Source of the DNA: an uncultured SAR86 cluster bacterium
GTDB lineage: Bacteria > Pseudomonadota > Gammaproteobacteria > Magnimaribacterales > D2472
Assembly (NCBI GenBank): GCA_902557965.1
Contig: CACECK010000001.1
Coordinates: 90,348-154,347, forward strand
DNA length: 64,000 nt
Direction of reading: 5' to 3'
Position 1 is the first letter of the stretch, and every line of letters begins with the position of its first letter. The notes under the pieces are model-generated. The model was not told where the DNA came from. It made no database searches and was given only the letters and a program-made list of their open reading frames with translations. Positions 48,567-57,957 of the stretch are shown here, piece after piece. The position numbers were made by a program, and so were the translations under genes.

Positions 48567-49366
48567 TGGCTAGTTTATTAAAAAAAATAACAGCTCCAAA
48601 CGGTGGAGTTTTTACTGGAAAAGGAACAAATACGTATTTAATTGGAAAGGATGAAATTACAGTTGTAGATCCTGGACCTAATATTCCTGAGCATATTGAA
48701 AATATCATCAATCATGGCAATGGAAGAATTAAACAAATTTTGGTTACACATACACACACTGATCATTCACCAGCAGCACTGCCTTTATCAAAAGAACTAG
48801 AGATACCTATGTATGGCAGACTTGTAGATGGAAAATCTGATTGGGAAGATGAAACTTTTAAACCTCACAAAATTTTAAATCATGGAGATATTATTGAATC
48901 TCAAGAATATTCGATCGAAGTCATTCATACACCAGGACATGCTAGCAATCATTTATGTTTTTATTTAAAGAAGCAAAAATGTTTGTTAACTGGAGACCAC
49001 ATAATGGATGGATCTACGGTCGTTATTGCTCCACCTGATGGCAACATGCGAGACTATTTAAATTCACTTCAATTACTTAAACAATATGATATAGATTGCT
49101 TTGCACCTGGCCACGGTAATTTTATGGATAACCCAAACAAAACTATTGATTCAATAACTAGGCACAGACTAGCAAGAGAAGCCAAAGTACTAAGAAATAT
49201 AAAAAATCATGGAAGTCAAAAGATAGATGATTTATTAAAACATGTATATTCAGATGTTAATGAAGTTTTGTTTCCTATTGCTAAAATGAGTCTTTTAGCT
49301 CACCTTGAAAAATTAATAGAGGATAGAGTTGTTGTTTTTGAGAATGAAATCTACTCCTTATCTTGA
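48566..49366 (+). CDS. MBL-fold metallo-hydrolase, LACTB2-like
   Basis: GTNTYLIG near the N-terminus, metal motif HTHTDH, later HTPGH and GDH. Its start overlaps the Nudix stop (TAATG). Confidence 0.8.
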   Translation: MASLLKKITAPNGGVFTGKGTNTYLIGKDEITVVDPGPNIPEHIENIINHGNGRIKQILVTHTHTDHSPAALPLSKELEIPMYGRLVDGKSDWEDETFKPHKILNHGDIIESQEYSIEVIHTPGHASNHLCFYLKKQKCLLTGDHIMDGSTVVIAPPDGNMRDYLNSLQLLKQYDIDCFAPGHGNFMDNPNKTIDSITRHRLAREAKVLRNIKNHGSQKIDDLLKHVYSDVNEVLFPIAKMSLLAHLEKLIEDRVVVFENEIYSLS

Positions 49367-49746
49367 CCTTTCTTTTTAATAAGCTTTTCTAACTTATCAA
49401 GATCAAATTCATCTGACGTATTAGATTTAATAAGATTGATCTCATTATTATCCCTTTCTTTTAAATCAACTTTCATACTATTGCTTTTTTCAGCCCTCTC
49501 AATTGCAACTTTTTTTAACTCTGATTCCATACAATCATACTGATCAGTAACTTCTTGAGTTTGACGATCTATTTTATCTAGCCTCACAGGCACTGGTTGA
49601 TGATGCATTGGTTTTTGAAGACAAGTTATAGACGCTCTTCCTACAATTGGGTCATTAGCTATTATCTTTTCATATGAACCATCTTTTGGCGTTACCTTGC
49701 AACCAACCAACACAAATATACTTAAAATTAAAAAAACATTTTTCAT
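49351..49746 (-). CDS. hypothetical lipoprotein
   Basis: Lipobox LVGC and a charged coiled-coil-like C-terminus. ATGA overlap with the acs stop. No family recognised. Confidence 0.5.
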   Translation of the reverse strand: MKNVFLILSIFVLVGCKVTPKDGSYEKIIANDPIVGRASITCLQKPMHHQPVPVRLDKIDRQTQEVTDQYDCMESELKKVAIERAEKSNSMKVDLKERDNNEINLIKSNTSDEFDLDKLEKLIKKKGQDKE

Positions 49747-51653
49747 AAGCTTTGTTTATTATTAACTAAATCATCTACAACCAATGGATCTGCGAGAGTT
49801 GTTGTATCGCCAAGATTTTTAAAGTCTCCTTCAGCTATCTTTCGTAAGATTCTTCTCATAATTTTACCGGATCTTGTTTTTGGTAGAGCAGGGGCATTCT
49901 GTAATAAATCTGGCTTTGCAATAGGGCCTATTTCACTTGAAACAAATTTTATCAATTCCTTTCTAAGATCTTCACTAAAAACTTCTCCTGTCATTAATGT
50001 AACGAATGCATATATTCCTTGTCCTTTTATAGGATGTTCTATTCCCACAACCGCAGCTTCAGCAACTTTATTATGAAGGACAAGAGCACTTTCAATCTCT
50101 GCTGTACCAAGTCTGTGCCCTGAAACATTCAAAACATCATCGACACGACCAGTTATCCAGTAATAACCATCTTCATCTCTTTTAGCACCATCTCCAGTAA
50201 AATAAATGTTTTGATATGTCTCAAAATATGTAGATATCATTCTTTGATGATCGCCATAAACAGTTCTAATTTGACTAGGCCAAGATTTTTCTATGACTAA
50301 ATTTCCAGCATTATTTCCATTTAGTTTTTTTCCTTCTTCATCAAATAATGCAGGCTGTACCCCAAAGAAAGGAAGAGTTGCTGATCCTGGTTTTGATGGA
50401 GTTATACCAGCGATTGGAGAAATTAGAACAGAACCAGTTTCTGTTTGCCACCATGTATCTATGACATCGCATGCAGAATTCCCAACTATGTCAAAGTACC
50501 ATTGCCATGCTTCTGGATTAATAGGTTCTCCAACCGTTCCTAAGACTCTTAAACTTTTTCGGCTAGTTTTTAAAACTGGTTCGTTGCCTTGAGCCATTAA
50601 GGCTCTTATTGCTGTTGGAGCAGTATAGAATACGCTCACATTATATTTGTCGCATATTTCCCAACATCTTGAGGAGCTTGGATATGTAGGAATACCTTCA
50701 AACATAACTGTTGTAGTTCCATTTGAAAGTGGACCATAAAGAATATAAGTATGACCAGTTATCCAACCAATGTCTGCGGTACACCAATATATATCTGTCT
50801 CTTTAATACCAAATAAATATTTGAAACTTATATGAGCTCCAAGCAGATATCCAGCAGTGGTATGAAGGACGCCTTTTGGTTTTCCGGTTGATCCTGATGT
50901 ATACAATATAAATAGTGGATCCTCGGAATCCATAGGCTCAGGTTCACAAATATTTGAAACCTTATCTCTAATTTCCTCGTACCAAACATCTCTAGCTTCA
51001 TTCCATTTAATTACACCATTTGTTCTTTTTATAACTAAAGTTTTGTTTACATCAGGACATTTTTTTAAAGCTTCATCAACATTAGCCTTAAGAGGTATTT
51101 TTTTACCTCCTCTAATTCCTTCATCAGCAGTAATTACTAGTTCACAATTAGCATCTAAGATACGATCTTTTAAAGACTCAGGTGAAAAACCCCCAAAAAC
51201 AACTGAATGAATTGCACCAATTCTTGTGCAAGCTAACATTGCAAAAGCTGCTTCAGGAATCATTGGCATATAGATACAAACTTTTGAGCCTTTTTTTATT
51301 TCGAGGGATTTAAGAACATTTGCAAATTTACATACTTCTTCAAATAATTCTGCAAATGTAAATTGTTTAGTTTCTTCAGAATTATCACCTTCCCAAATAA
51401 GAGCAACTTTATTTGCTGAATGAGGCAAGTGACGATCAATACAGTTCAAACTTATATTTGTTTTACCTCCTTCAAACCATTTAGCATTTGAGAATTCTCC
51501 ACTATGGGTGGTATCAAAGCCTTTAATCCATGAAATATTTTCTTGGGCAAGATCCTTAAAAAAAACATCAGGATTTTCGATTGATTTTTTATATAAAGCC
51601 TTATATTCCTCAAAATCTTTTATATGCGGATTTTCTGATTTAGGTTTTATCAC
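49743..51653 (-). CDS. acs: acetyl-CoA synthetase
   Basis: AMP-binding [31 protein letters not shown] and [11 protein letters not shown] (with the acetylatable Lys). Confidence 0.95.
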   Translation of the reverse strand: MIKPKSENPHIKDFEEYKALYKKSIENPDVFFKDLAQENISWIKGFDTTHSGEFSNAKWFEGGKTNISLNCIDRHLPHSANKVALIWEGDNSEETKQFTFAELFEEVCKFANVLKSLEIKKGSKVCIYMPMIPEAAFAMLACTRIGAIHSVVFGGFSPESLKDRILDANCELVITADEGIRGGKKIPLKANVDEALKKCPDVNKTLVIKRTNGVIKWNEARDVWYEEIRDKVSNICEPEPMDSEDPLFILYTSGSTGKPKGVLHTTAGYLLGAHISFKYLFGIKETDIYWCTADIGWITGHTYILYGPLSNGTTTVMFEGIPTYPSSSRCWEICDKYNVSVFYTAPTAIRALMAQGNEPVLKTSRKSLRVLGTVGEPINPEAWQWYFDIVGNSACDVIDTWWQTETGSVLISPIAGITPSKPGSATLPFFGVQPALFDEEGKKLNGNNAGNLVIEKSWPSQIRTVYGDHQRMISTYFETYQNIYFTGDGAKRDEDGYYWITGRVDDVLNVSGHRLGTAEIESALVLHNKVAEAAVVGIEHPIKGQGIYAFVTLMTGEVFSEDLRKELIKFVSSEIGPIAKPDLLQNAPALPKTRSGKIMRRILRKIAEGDFKNLGDTTTLADPLVVDDLVNNKQSL

Positions 51654-51670
51654 TCTTGTTTTTATTTAAT

Positions 51671-52336
51671 TTAAATAATTGAAGGCTGTGGATTTACAAA
51701 ATTAATGCCTTTAGGATTAGACATAATCATTGTTACAAGATTCTCATAATCTGATTCATTGGATTCGAGGTCAATGTCAGCAGCATTAATTATTAAAAGT
51801 GGTGCTGATTTATAATCTAAAAAGAATCTAGAATATGCATCATTTAGTTTCTCAAGGTAATCTAACGTTAGATATTGTTCATTAATATTTCCTCGTTTAG
51901 TTATTCTTTCTTTTAAAATTTCTATTGGCGCTTGAAGGTATATAACTAAATCTGGTGAAGGAGCATCTAGTGTTATATGTTCATAAACTTTGTTGTATAG
52001 ACCTAATTCTTCGTTTGAAAGAGTAACTTCCGCAAACAATCTATCTTTCTCAATCAAAAAATCTGCGACACGAACGTTCTCAAAAAGACTTCTCTGTTTT
52101 AGATCTTGTATTTGTTGCATCCTTTGAAAGAGAAAAAATAACTGAGTAGCAAGGGCAGATTGTTCAGGGTTTCTATAAAAATTTTTTAAGAATGGATTTT
52201 CCGCTGGCTGCTCTAAAAAAGCATCATAATTGAACGTTTTTGCTACTTTATTTGCAAGGGTTGTTTTACCAACACCTATGGGACCCTCAATGGCAATATA
52301 TTTCGGTAGTGGTACTTCGTTTAAAGCTGGTTTCAT
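51671..52336 (-). CDS. deoxynucleoside kinase-family protein
   Basis: P-loop IEGPIGVGKTTLA, ERS-like and LID-region patterns (DRLFAE, RITKRG). About 220 aa. Confidence 0.75.
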   Translation of the reverse strand: MKPALNEVPLPKYIAIEGPIGVGKTTLANKVAKTFNYDAFLEQPAENPFLKNFYRNPEQSALATQLFFLFQRMQQIQDLKQRSLFENVRVADFLIEKDRLFAEVTLSNEELGLYNKVYEHITLDAPSPDLVIYLQAPIEILKERITKRGNINEQYLTLDYLEKLNDAYSRFFLDYKSAPLLIINAADIDLESNESDYENLVTMIMSNPKGINFVNPQPSII

Positions 52337-52359
52337 AATCTACTATTCTTACTTATAGA

Positions 52360-53592
52360 TTATATTAACTCTTCCTGGAAACCAAATTTTTTAAAAGAAT
52401 TTTCTTCACTAACTTCATTAAGATCTAATATTTGCTGTTTCTGAGAAGCAGAATTGTTTTTTTGAAACTTTGTCCACCAATCACCCAAATTACTTTGACA
52501 GTTAGAAGCTCTCTCTCGAATAAGAAGAAAATCATAAGCAGCTCTAAACCTAGGATGTTTGAAAGTTTTATAAGGCTGTTTTCCAATTCTGCTATGTAGT
52601 TTAAGTTGAAGAACCCAAATATCTTTTATGTAGCTATGAAATTTTCTAGGAATTGCAGTAATTTTTTGTTGATTCCTAAGAATTTGATCCATGGATCTAA
52701 AGAATTTTCTTAAGTTTATTTCTTTATCACCTCTAGATTTCTTTAGAAGCTCAGGCCAGAGCATAGCGGCAATTAAGAATCCAGGTGTTACAGATTGATC
52801 ATTCTTAACTCTTTTGTCAGTATTTTTTAGTGCTTCTTTTATTAAATTTTGTGAAAAATGAGAGTTGCTTGGACTAGTTAAAATCAAATATTTATTTAAA
52901 TTAAAAGACACTAGTTTATTAAAGTTTTTTTCAGCTATACCACTAAGAAAAATCTTACAAAACTCATCAAACATTCTGGCATTAGATATATTGTCTAACA
53001 GATAACCTTTTTTATATATTGCGCTTTTGACGTCTCTATCTATTTTAAAACTTAGTTTATTGCTAAATCTAATTGCTCTAAGGCTTCTAACAGGATCCTC
53101 AGAAAATCGTTTCATTGGATCTCCTATAGATACAATTTTTTTATTTTTTATATGGGCAATGCCAGAATTATGATCTTCAATTTTTCCTGAAGTAGGACAA
53201 TAGTAAAGCGCATTAATAGTAAAATCTCTTCTAAAAGTATCTTGTTCCAATGTACCCCAGATATTATCTCGCAAAATCTTTCCAGACTGATCAGTAACTA
53301 AATTTCCTTCATTTGCCTCATCATCTCCAGATCTAAAAGTGGCAACCTCAATCAACTCTGATCTATTAAAAATATGAACTAATTTAAATCTTCTTCCAAT
53401 TATCCTTGACGCTTTAAAAGTATTTCTTATTTCGTTTGGCGTTGCATTTGTAGCAATATCAAAATCTTTTGGAGTAATGCCGCACAACAGATCTCTAACG
53501 CATCCGCCTACTAAATATGCTTGAAAGTTATTTTTTTGGAGGTCTTCTACAATTGATATTGCAAATTTGCTTATTTTTTTATTGTCTATCAA
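52360..53592 (-). CDS. pcnB: poly(A) polymerase I
   Basis: Nucleotidyltransferase GGCVRDLL, DFDIAT and RDFTINALYY. It follows dksA, as in E. coli. Confidence 0.9.
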   Translation of the reverse strand: MIDNKKISKFAISIVEDLQKNNFQAYLVGGCVRDLLCGITPKDFDIATNATPNEIRNTFKASRIIGRRFKLVHIFNRSELIEVATFRSGDDEANEGNLVTDQSGKILRDNIWGTLEQDTFRRDFTINALYYCPTSGKIEDHNSGIAHIKNKKIVSIGDPMKRFSEDPVRSLRAIRFSNKLSFKIDRDVKSAIYKKGYLLDNISNARMFDEFCKIFLSGIAEKNFNKLVSFNLNKYLILTSPSNSHFSQNLIKEALKNTDKRVKNDQSVTPGFLIAAMLWPELLKKSRGDKEINLRKFFRSMDQILRNQQKITAIPRKFHSYIKDIWVLQLKLHSRIGKQPYKTFKHPRFRAAYDFLLIRERASNCQSNLGDWWTKFQKNNSASQKQQILDLNEVSEENSFKKFGFQEELI

Positions 53593-53614
53593 ATTATTAT
53601 ATGTTCAAGAAATA

Positions 53615-54172
53615 TTACCCATTTAATTGTTTCTCTTTAATTTCATCTAATGTCTTACAATCAATACAATGGGTTGCTGTTGGTCTCGCCTCTAATCTTT
53701 TGATACCAATTTCATCGCCGCATGAATCACACCAGCCATAATCATCTTGTTTAATTTTCTCTATTGAAATAGCTATTTTGTTAATTAACTTTCTTTCTCT
53801 GTCTCTTGTTCTTAATTCAAAAGCAAATTCTTCTTCTTGGGAAGCTCTGTCAATCGGATCGGCATATGTTTCACCCTTTGTTTTTAAATGAGCAAAAGTT
53901 TTTTGCATTTCTTCCTTAAGGTGTTCTTTCCATAAAAGAAGCACAGCAATAAAGTGCTTTTTCATAGCAGCACTCATATATTTTTCATTTTTCTTTGGCT
54001 TATAAGGAGCGATCTTTGATTTATCGTTAGCAATTTTTGCAACGACTTTCTTTTTAACAACTTTTTTTACTTGAGTTTTTTTCTTAGCTGGAGCCTTCTT
54101 TAGTGAAGTTTTTTTTAAAATAGGCTTCTTTGTTTTTGTTATTTTCTTTTTTATAGCTTTTTTAGCAGGCAT
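53615..54172 (-). CDS. dksA: RNA polymerase-binding transcription factor DksA with a Lys-rich N-terminal extension
   Basis: Coiled-coil tip DPIDRASQEEEFAFELRTRDRERKL and Zn finger CDSCGDEIGIKRLEARPTATHCIDC. The first 50 residues contain 21 Lys and no acidic residue before D50. Confidence 0.9.
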   Translation of the reverse strand: MPAKKAIKKKITKTKKPILKKTSLKKAPAKKKTQVKKVVKKKVVAKIANDKSKIAPYKPKKNEKYMSAAMKKHFIAVLLLWKEHLKEEMQKTFAHLKTKGETYADPIDRASQEEEFAFELRTRDRERKLINKIAISIEKIKQDDYGWCDSCGDEIGIKRLEARPTATHCIDCKTLDEIKEKQLNG

Positions 54173-54226
54173 GTGTTCTCACAAGTTTTTTAGGGTGGAG
54201 AAAATATCAGATACTAAGGAAATAAG

Positions 54227-55228
54227 CTAGCTTTTTCTTAATTTATTTGAAACTTCTTCATAACCTTTAGGGGTCAGCCTTGGCCCAAATGTTTGAACCA
54301 CTTTGGACGAAGCATAATTACTGAACTCTGCACATGCTTCAATATCATTCCCATTTAGGTATGCATGCATAAATGAACCAGCAAACATATCACCGGCTCC
54401 ATTAGTATCCAAAGGATCAATTTTGATTGCAGGTGAAAAAATTTCATCACCATCTTTGATTACAACACTTCCTTCAGAACCTTTTGTAATAGCGATCATG
54501 TATTTTTGATTTTTATAAAATTCTATTGCTTCTTCAAGGCTTTCGGTTCCAGCAAACGCAATAGCTTCATCATCATTACAAAATACCATGTCAATACCAT
54601 AAGATTCTATTTCTTTAAACTTATCTCTAAAGCCATGAACAATACCTGCATCAGATAATGATAATGCCTTTAATGTTTTTTCATTATCAATATTTTTAAG
54701 AACAGAAGTAACAGCATTAAAGTTTTCATCACTAGTTACCATATAACCCTCGATATAAAATATTTTTGAATTTTGAACTGCATCATAATCTATATCTTTT
54801 GGCCCAAGAAACGCACTTATGCCTAACATACTGCTCATGGTTCTTTTAGCATCAGGTGTTACAAATATTAAACATTTTCCAGTAGGCATATCAGATTCTT
54901 CTTTGCTTACTCCAATATGCTTAACTCCAGCTATTTGAAGACTGTCGAGATATTTTTTTCCATCGACGTCATCAGCCACTCTGCAAACATGATGACAGCT
55001 TGATCCATAGTTTGCTGCCGCAACGAGCGAATTAGTTGCTGATCCCCCACAGTCTGAAACAGAATTAACACCCATTTCTTCCAGTTTTTTTATTATTGGA
55101 GCGTGCTCTTCTGCAGATGCAAGAGTCATAGAATCCGCCTCTAAACCAATTTCATTTAAAAAAGAGTGATCCACCATATATTGTGTATCTACTAAAGCAT
55201 TACCTAAAGCGCTGATATCATATTTCAT
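54227..55228 (-). CDS. PfkB-family ribokinase-like kinase, probably adenosine kinase
   Basis: N-terminal GNALVD and C-terminal DTNGAGDMFAG. Substrate is inferred from resemblance to bacterial adenosine kinases and the presence of ahcY in the genome. Confidence 0.7.
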   Translation of the reverse strand: MKYDISALGNALVDTQYMVDHSFLNEIGLEADSMTLASAEEHAPIIKKLEEMGVNSVSDCGGSATNSLVAAANYGSSCHHVCRVADDVDGKKYLDSLQIAGVKHIGVSKEESDMPTGKCLIFVTPDAKRTMSSMLGISAFLGPKDIDYDAVQNSKIFYIEGYMVTSDENFNAVTSVLKNIDNEKTLKALSLSDAGIVHGFRDKFKEIESYGIDMVFCNDDEAIAFAGTESLEEAIEFYKNQKYMIAITKGSEGSVVIKDGDEIFSPAIKIDPLDTNGAGDMFAGSFMHAYLNGNDIEACAEFSNYASSKVVQTFGPRLTPKGYEEVSNKLRKS

Positions 55229-55230
55229 TC

Positions 55231-56523
55231 TTATATTCCTTCTTTTAATATTTTTCTAACTATCTTAATTGTATTATTAATTTCTTTATTAGTGTGTTTT
55301 GTTGATATAAAACCTGCTTCAAATTTTGAAGGGGCAAAATATATACCATTTTGAATTACTGAGTTGAGAAAACTTTTAAAGTAATTATCATTTGTATCAA
55401 TAACGTCATTAAGGTTTTTAGGTAACTTTTTGGAGAAGAAGAATCCAAACATTCCTCCAATTTGATTTGTTGAGAATGGAATTTTATTAACTTTGAACAA
55501 TTCATTCATACCTTTTAGTAGGTTGCTTGCTTTATTTTCTAGTGATTTATATGGATCATTTTTAACAAGGAGTTTAATTAAAGAATATCCTGCTGCCATT
55601 GCAAGAGGATTTCCTGACAATGTACCTGCCTGATAAACAGGACCATTTGGGGCAAGACAATCCATAATGTCTTCCCTGCCTCCAAATGCACCAACTGGAA
55701 GCCCACCCCCAATAACTTTTCCAAGCGTGGTTATATCAGGCTTAATACCATAGATTTCTTGAGCACCACCAAGAGAAACCCTAAACCCGGTCATAACCTC
55801 ATCAAAAATTAGCAAAGAATTATTTTCATTAGTTTTTTTTCTCAACAATTTTAAAAAAGATTTGTCACTGGGTATAAAACCCATATTGCCAGCAATTGGT
55901 TCTATTATTACTGCAGCCAGATCATCTTTTACTTTTTCAAATGCATCTAGGAAATCTTCCTTATTATTGAATTCACAACTTATAGTTTGCTTAGCTAGTT
56001 GTTTTGGAATTCCTGGAGAATCTGGTAATCCAAATGTAGAGACGCCGGAGCCTGCTTTAATAAGAAGTGAGTCGACATGACCATGATAACAACCATCAAA
56101 CTTAATAATTTTGTTTCTACCCGTGAAGCCTCTTGCTAATCTAATAGCGCTCATAGTTGCCTCGGTTCCAGAATTAACCATTCTTATTTTTTGGATAGAC
56201 GGAACACAATCTTTAATAAGTTCTGCTGTTTTTGATTCGAGGCTTGTTGGAGCACCATAACTTGTTCCTAATTGAAGCTGCTTAGTTATAGAATTAATTA
56301 TTTGTTTATTAGAATGACCTAAAATCATAGGGCCCCATGAACCAATATAATCTATGTATTTGTTATCATCGGCATCAAAAACATATGCTCCTTTTGCTTT
56401 TTTAAAAAATATAGGATTGCCACCAATATTTTTAAAAGCCCTTACAGGAGAATTTACTCCACCAGGCATATGCAACTTAGCTTCTTTGAAAAGCTTTATT
56501 GAGTTTTTAATTTTATTTGTCAT
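55231..56523 (-). CDS. hemL: glutamate-1-semialdehyde 2,1-aminomutase
   Basis: GTEATMSAIRLAR, FDEVMTGFR and PLP-Lys TLGKVIGGG. Confidence 0.95.
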   Translation of the reverse strand: MTNKIKNSIKLFKEAKLHMPGGVNSPVRAFKNIGGNPIFFKKAKGAYVFDADDNKYIDYIGSWGPMILGHSNKQIINSITKQLQLGTSYGAPTSLESKTAELIKDCVPSIQKIRMVNSGTEATMSAIRLARGFTGRNKIIKFDGCYHGHVDSLLIKAGSGVSTFGLPDSPGIPKQLAKQTISCEFNNKEDFLDAFEKVKDDLAAVIIEPIAGNMGFIPSDKSFLKLLRKKTNENNSLLIFDEVMTGFRVSLGGAQEIYGIKPDITTLGKVIGGGLPVGAFGGREDIMDCLAPNGPVYQAGTLSGNPLAMAAGYSLIKLLVKNDPYKSLENKASNLLKGMNELFKVNKIPFSTNQIGGMFGFFFSKKLPKNLNDVIDTNDNYFKSFLNSVIQNGIYFAPSKFEAGFISTKHTNKEINNTIKIVRKILKEGI

Positions 56524-57027
56524 CTAGATATTTTTAGCGAAGTTTTTAACTTTATCCCAATCTGTAAATTCATATCTCTTTGAAGTATCAGTAGGACCTT
56601 TAGTGATCCACATAATAAATTTAATTGCGTATTTATCAAGAAATTTATATTTTGGGTAATCAATTTTACCAGCAAAAACTTCAACTTTGTTTGGAATCCA
56701 GGTTGTAGAATTTAAGAACTTTTGCACATAAGGGTTTGTATTAGGTGTATTTTTTTCAGCTTTTCTGGCAACAACGTTAACTGAAAAAAAAGCATTTTCT
56801 TTTTCACTAATTACTTCAATATTAGATTCAATAAAATCAAATAACTTCGTCCTATATTTACCATATCGTATGCTCGCACCAATGATAATTTTTTCATAGT
56901 TTTGTATTTCTGGATTATCATCAACTGAAAAAATATCCGAATCTCCAATCATATAACCTGCAATTTTTTCACAAATTTCTTTAGTGTGACCATCGACAGA
57001 TGAATAAATTATTATAGATTTTTGCAT
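56524..57027 (-). CDS. hemG: flavodoxin-like protoporphyrinogen IX dehydrogenase (HemG type)
   Basis: Flavodoxin N-terminus IIYSSVDGHTKEI plus the long-loop insertion typical of HemG. It abuts hemL. Confidence 0.75.
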   Translation of the reverse strand: MQKSIIIYSSVDGHTKEICEKIAGYMIGDSDIFSVDDNPEIQNYEKIIIGASIRYGKYRTKLFDFIESNIEVISEKENAFFSVNVVARKAEKNTPNTNPYVQKFLNSTTWIPNKVEVFAGKIDYPKYKFLDKYAIKFIMWITKGPTDTSKRYEFTDWDKVKNFAKNI

Positions 57028-57116
57028 TAATTCTCTTTATTAAATGGATTGCTTGAAAAAAATTATTTTAAGCATAACTATATTTTATACTGATATTAAA
57101 ATTATAATGTTCTGAT

Positions 57117-57611
57117 ATGAAAAAATATTTTTTATTTACAATATTGATTTCAAGTCTCAATACCTTCTCAGCAGTTGAGATAGAAGATTGTGCATCAATT
57201 GAATCAGATATTAAAAGATTAGCATGTTATGACTATTTAGTTACAGGAGTATCTAAATCATCTAATGAAATAGATGTGACAGAAGCCTCCACCTCTGAAG
57301 AAAAAACTGAAGCTACTGCTAATTCTAGATCTAGCTTTGGTTTTTCCAGAAGACAAATGAGTCAATCTAATGAAAAAAGTCCAAAAAATTCACTTTCTTC
57401 AGCTATCAACTCCATATCAAAAACTTTTGGAGGTAAAACTCGTTTCAAACTAACAAATAACCAATTATGGGAAACTCAATCAGTAGTTTCATCTAAATTA
57501 GGAAGCTTTAAAGTTAAAAGTGAGGTTCGTATTGAGGAAGCGAATATGGGCGGCTTTTGGATGATTAATAAATCTTCAAAAGTAAGAATTAAAGTTAAAA
57601 GGATTTCATAA
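57117..57611 (+). CDS. hypothetical exported protein
   Basis: Signal peptide, then DCASIESDIKRLACYD (C-x11-C-Y-D), a Ser/Thr/Glu-rich linker and a beta-rich C-terminal domain of about 60 aa (LWETQ...GGFWMINK...VKRI). The stop is 1 nt before the erpA ATG. Confidence 0.5.
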   Translation: MKKYFLFTILISSLNTFSAVEIEDCASIESDIKRLACYDYLVTGVSKSSNEIDVTEASTSEEKTEATANSRSSFGFSRRQMSQSNEKSPKNSLSSAINSISKTFGGKTRFKLTNNQLWETQSVVSSKLGSFKVKSEVRIEEANMGGFWMINKSSKVRIKVKRIS

Positions 57612-57612
57612 T

Positions 57613-57957
57613 ATGTCTGATATCTTATCTCAATCATTAACTCTTACAGATAGTGCAATGTCTAGGATTGCAAATGTTATGAGTGCCAATGAAGAGCTTG
57701 GAACAAAATTTAGAGTATACGTGACTGGAGGAGGCTGCTCAGGTTTTCAATATGGATTTAAATTTGATTCTGAAACCGCATTTGATGACGATATTATTGA
57801 TTTTGATAATTTCTCGGTACTGCTTGATTCAATGTCGTATCCCTATCTTTATGGCTCCACACTAGATTTTATTGAAGACTTATCAGGCTCAAAATTTGTC
57901 ATTAAAAATCCAAATGCAAAAACTACTTGCGGATGTGGCGAATCTTTTACGATTTAG
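57613..57957 (+). CDS. erpA: A-type iron-sulfur cluster insertion protein ErpA
   Basis: GGGCSGFQY and C-terminal CGCGESF. Confidence 0.9.
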   Translation: MSDILSQSLTLTDSAMSRIANVMSANEELGTKFRVYVTGGGCSGFQYGFKFDSETAFDDDIIDFDNFSVLLDSMSYPYLYGSTLDFIEDLSGSKFVIKNPNAKTTCGCGESFTI

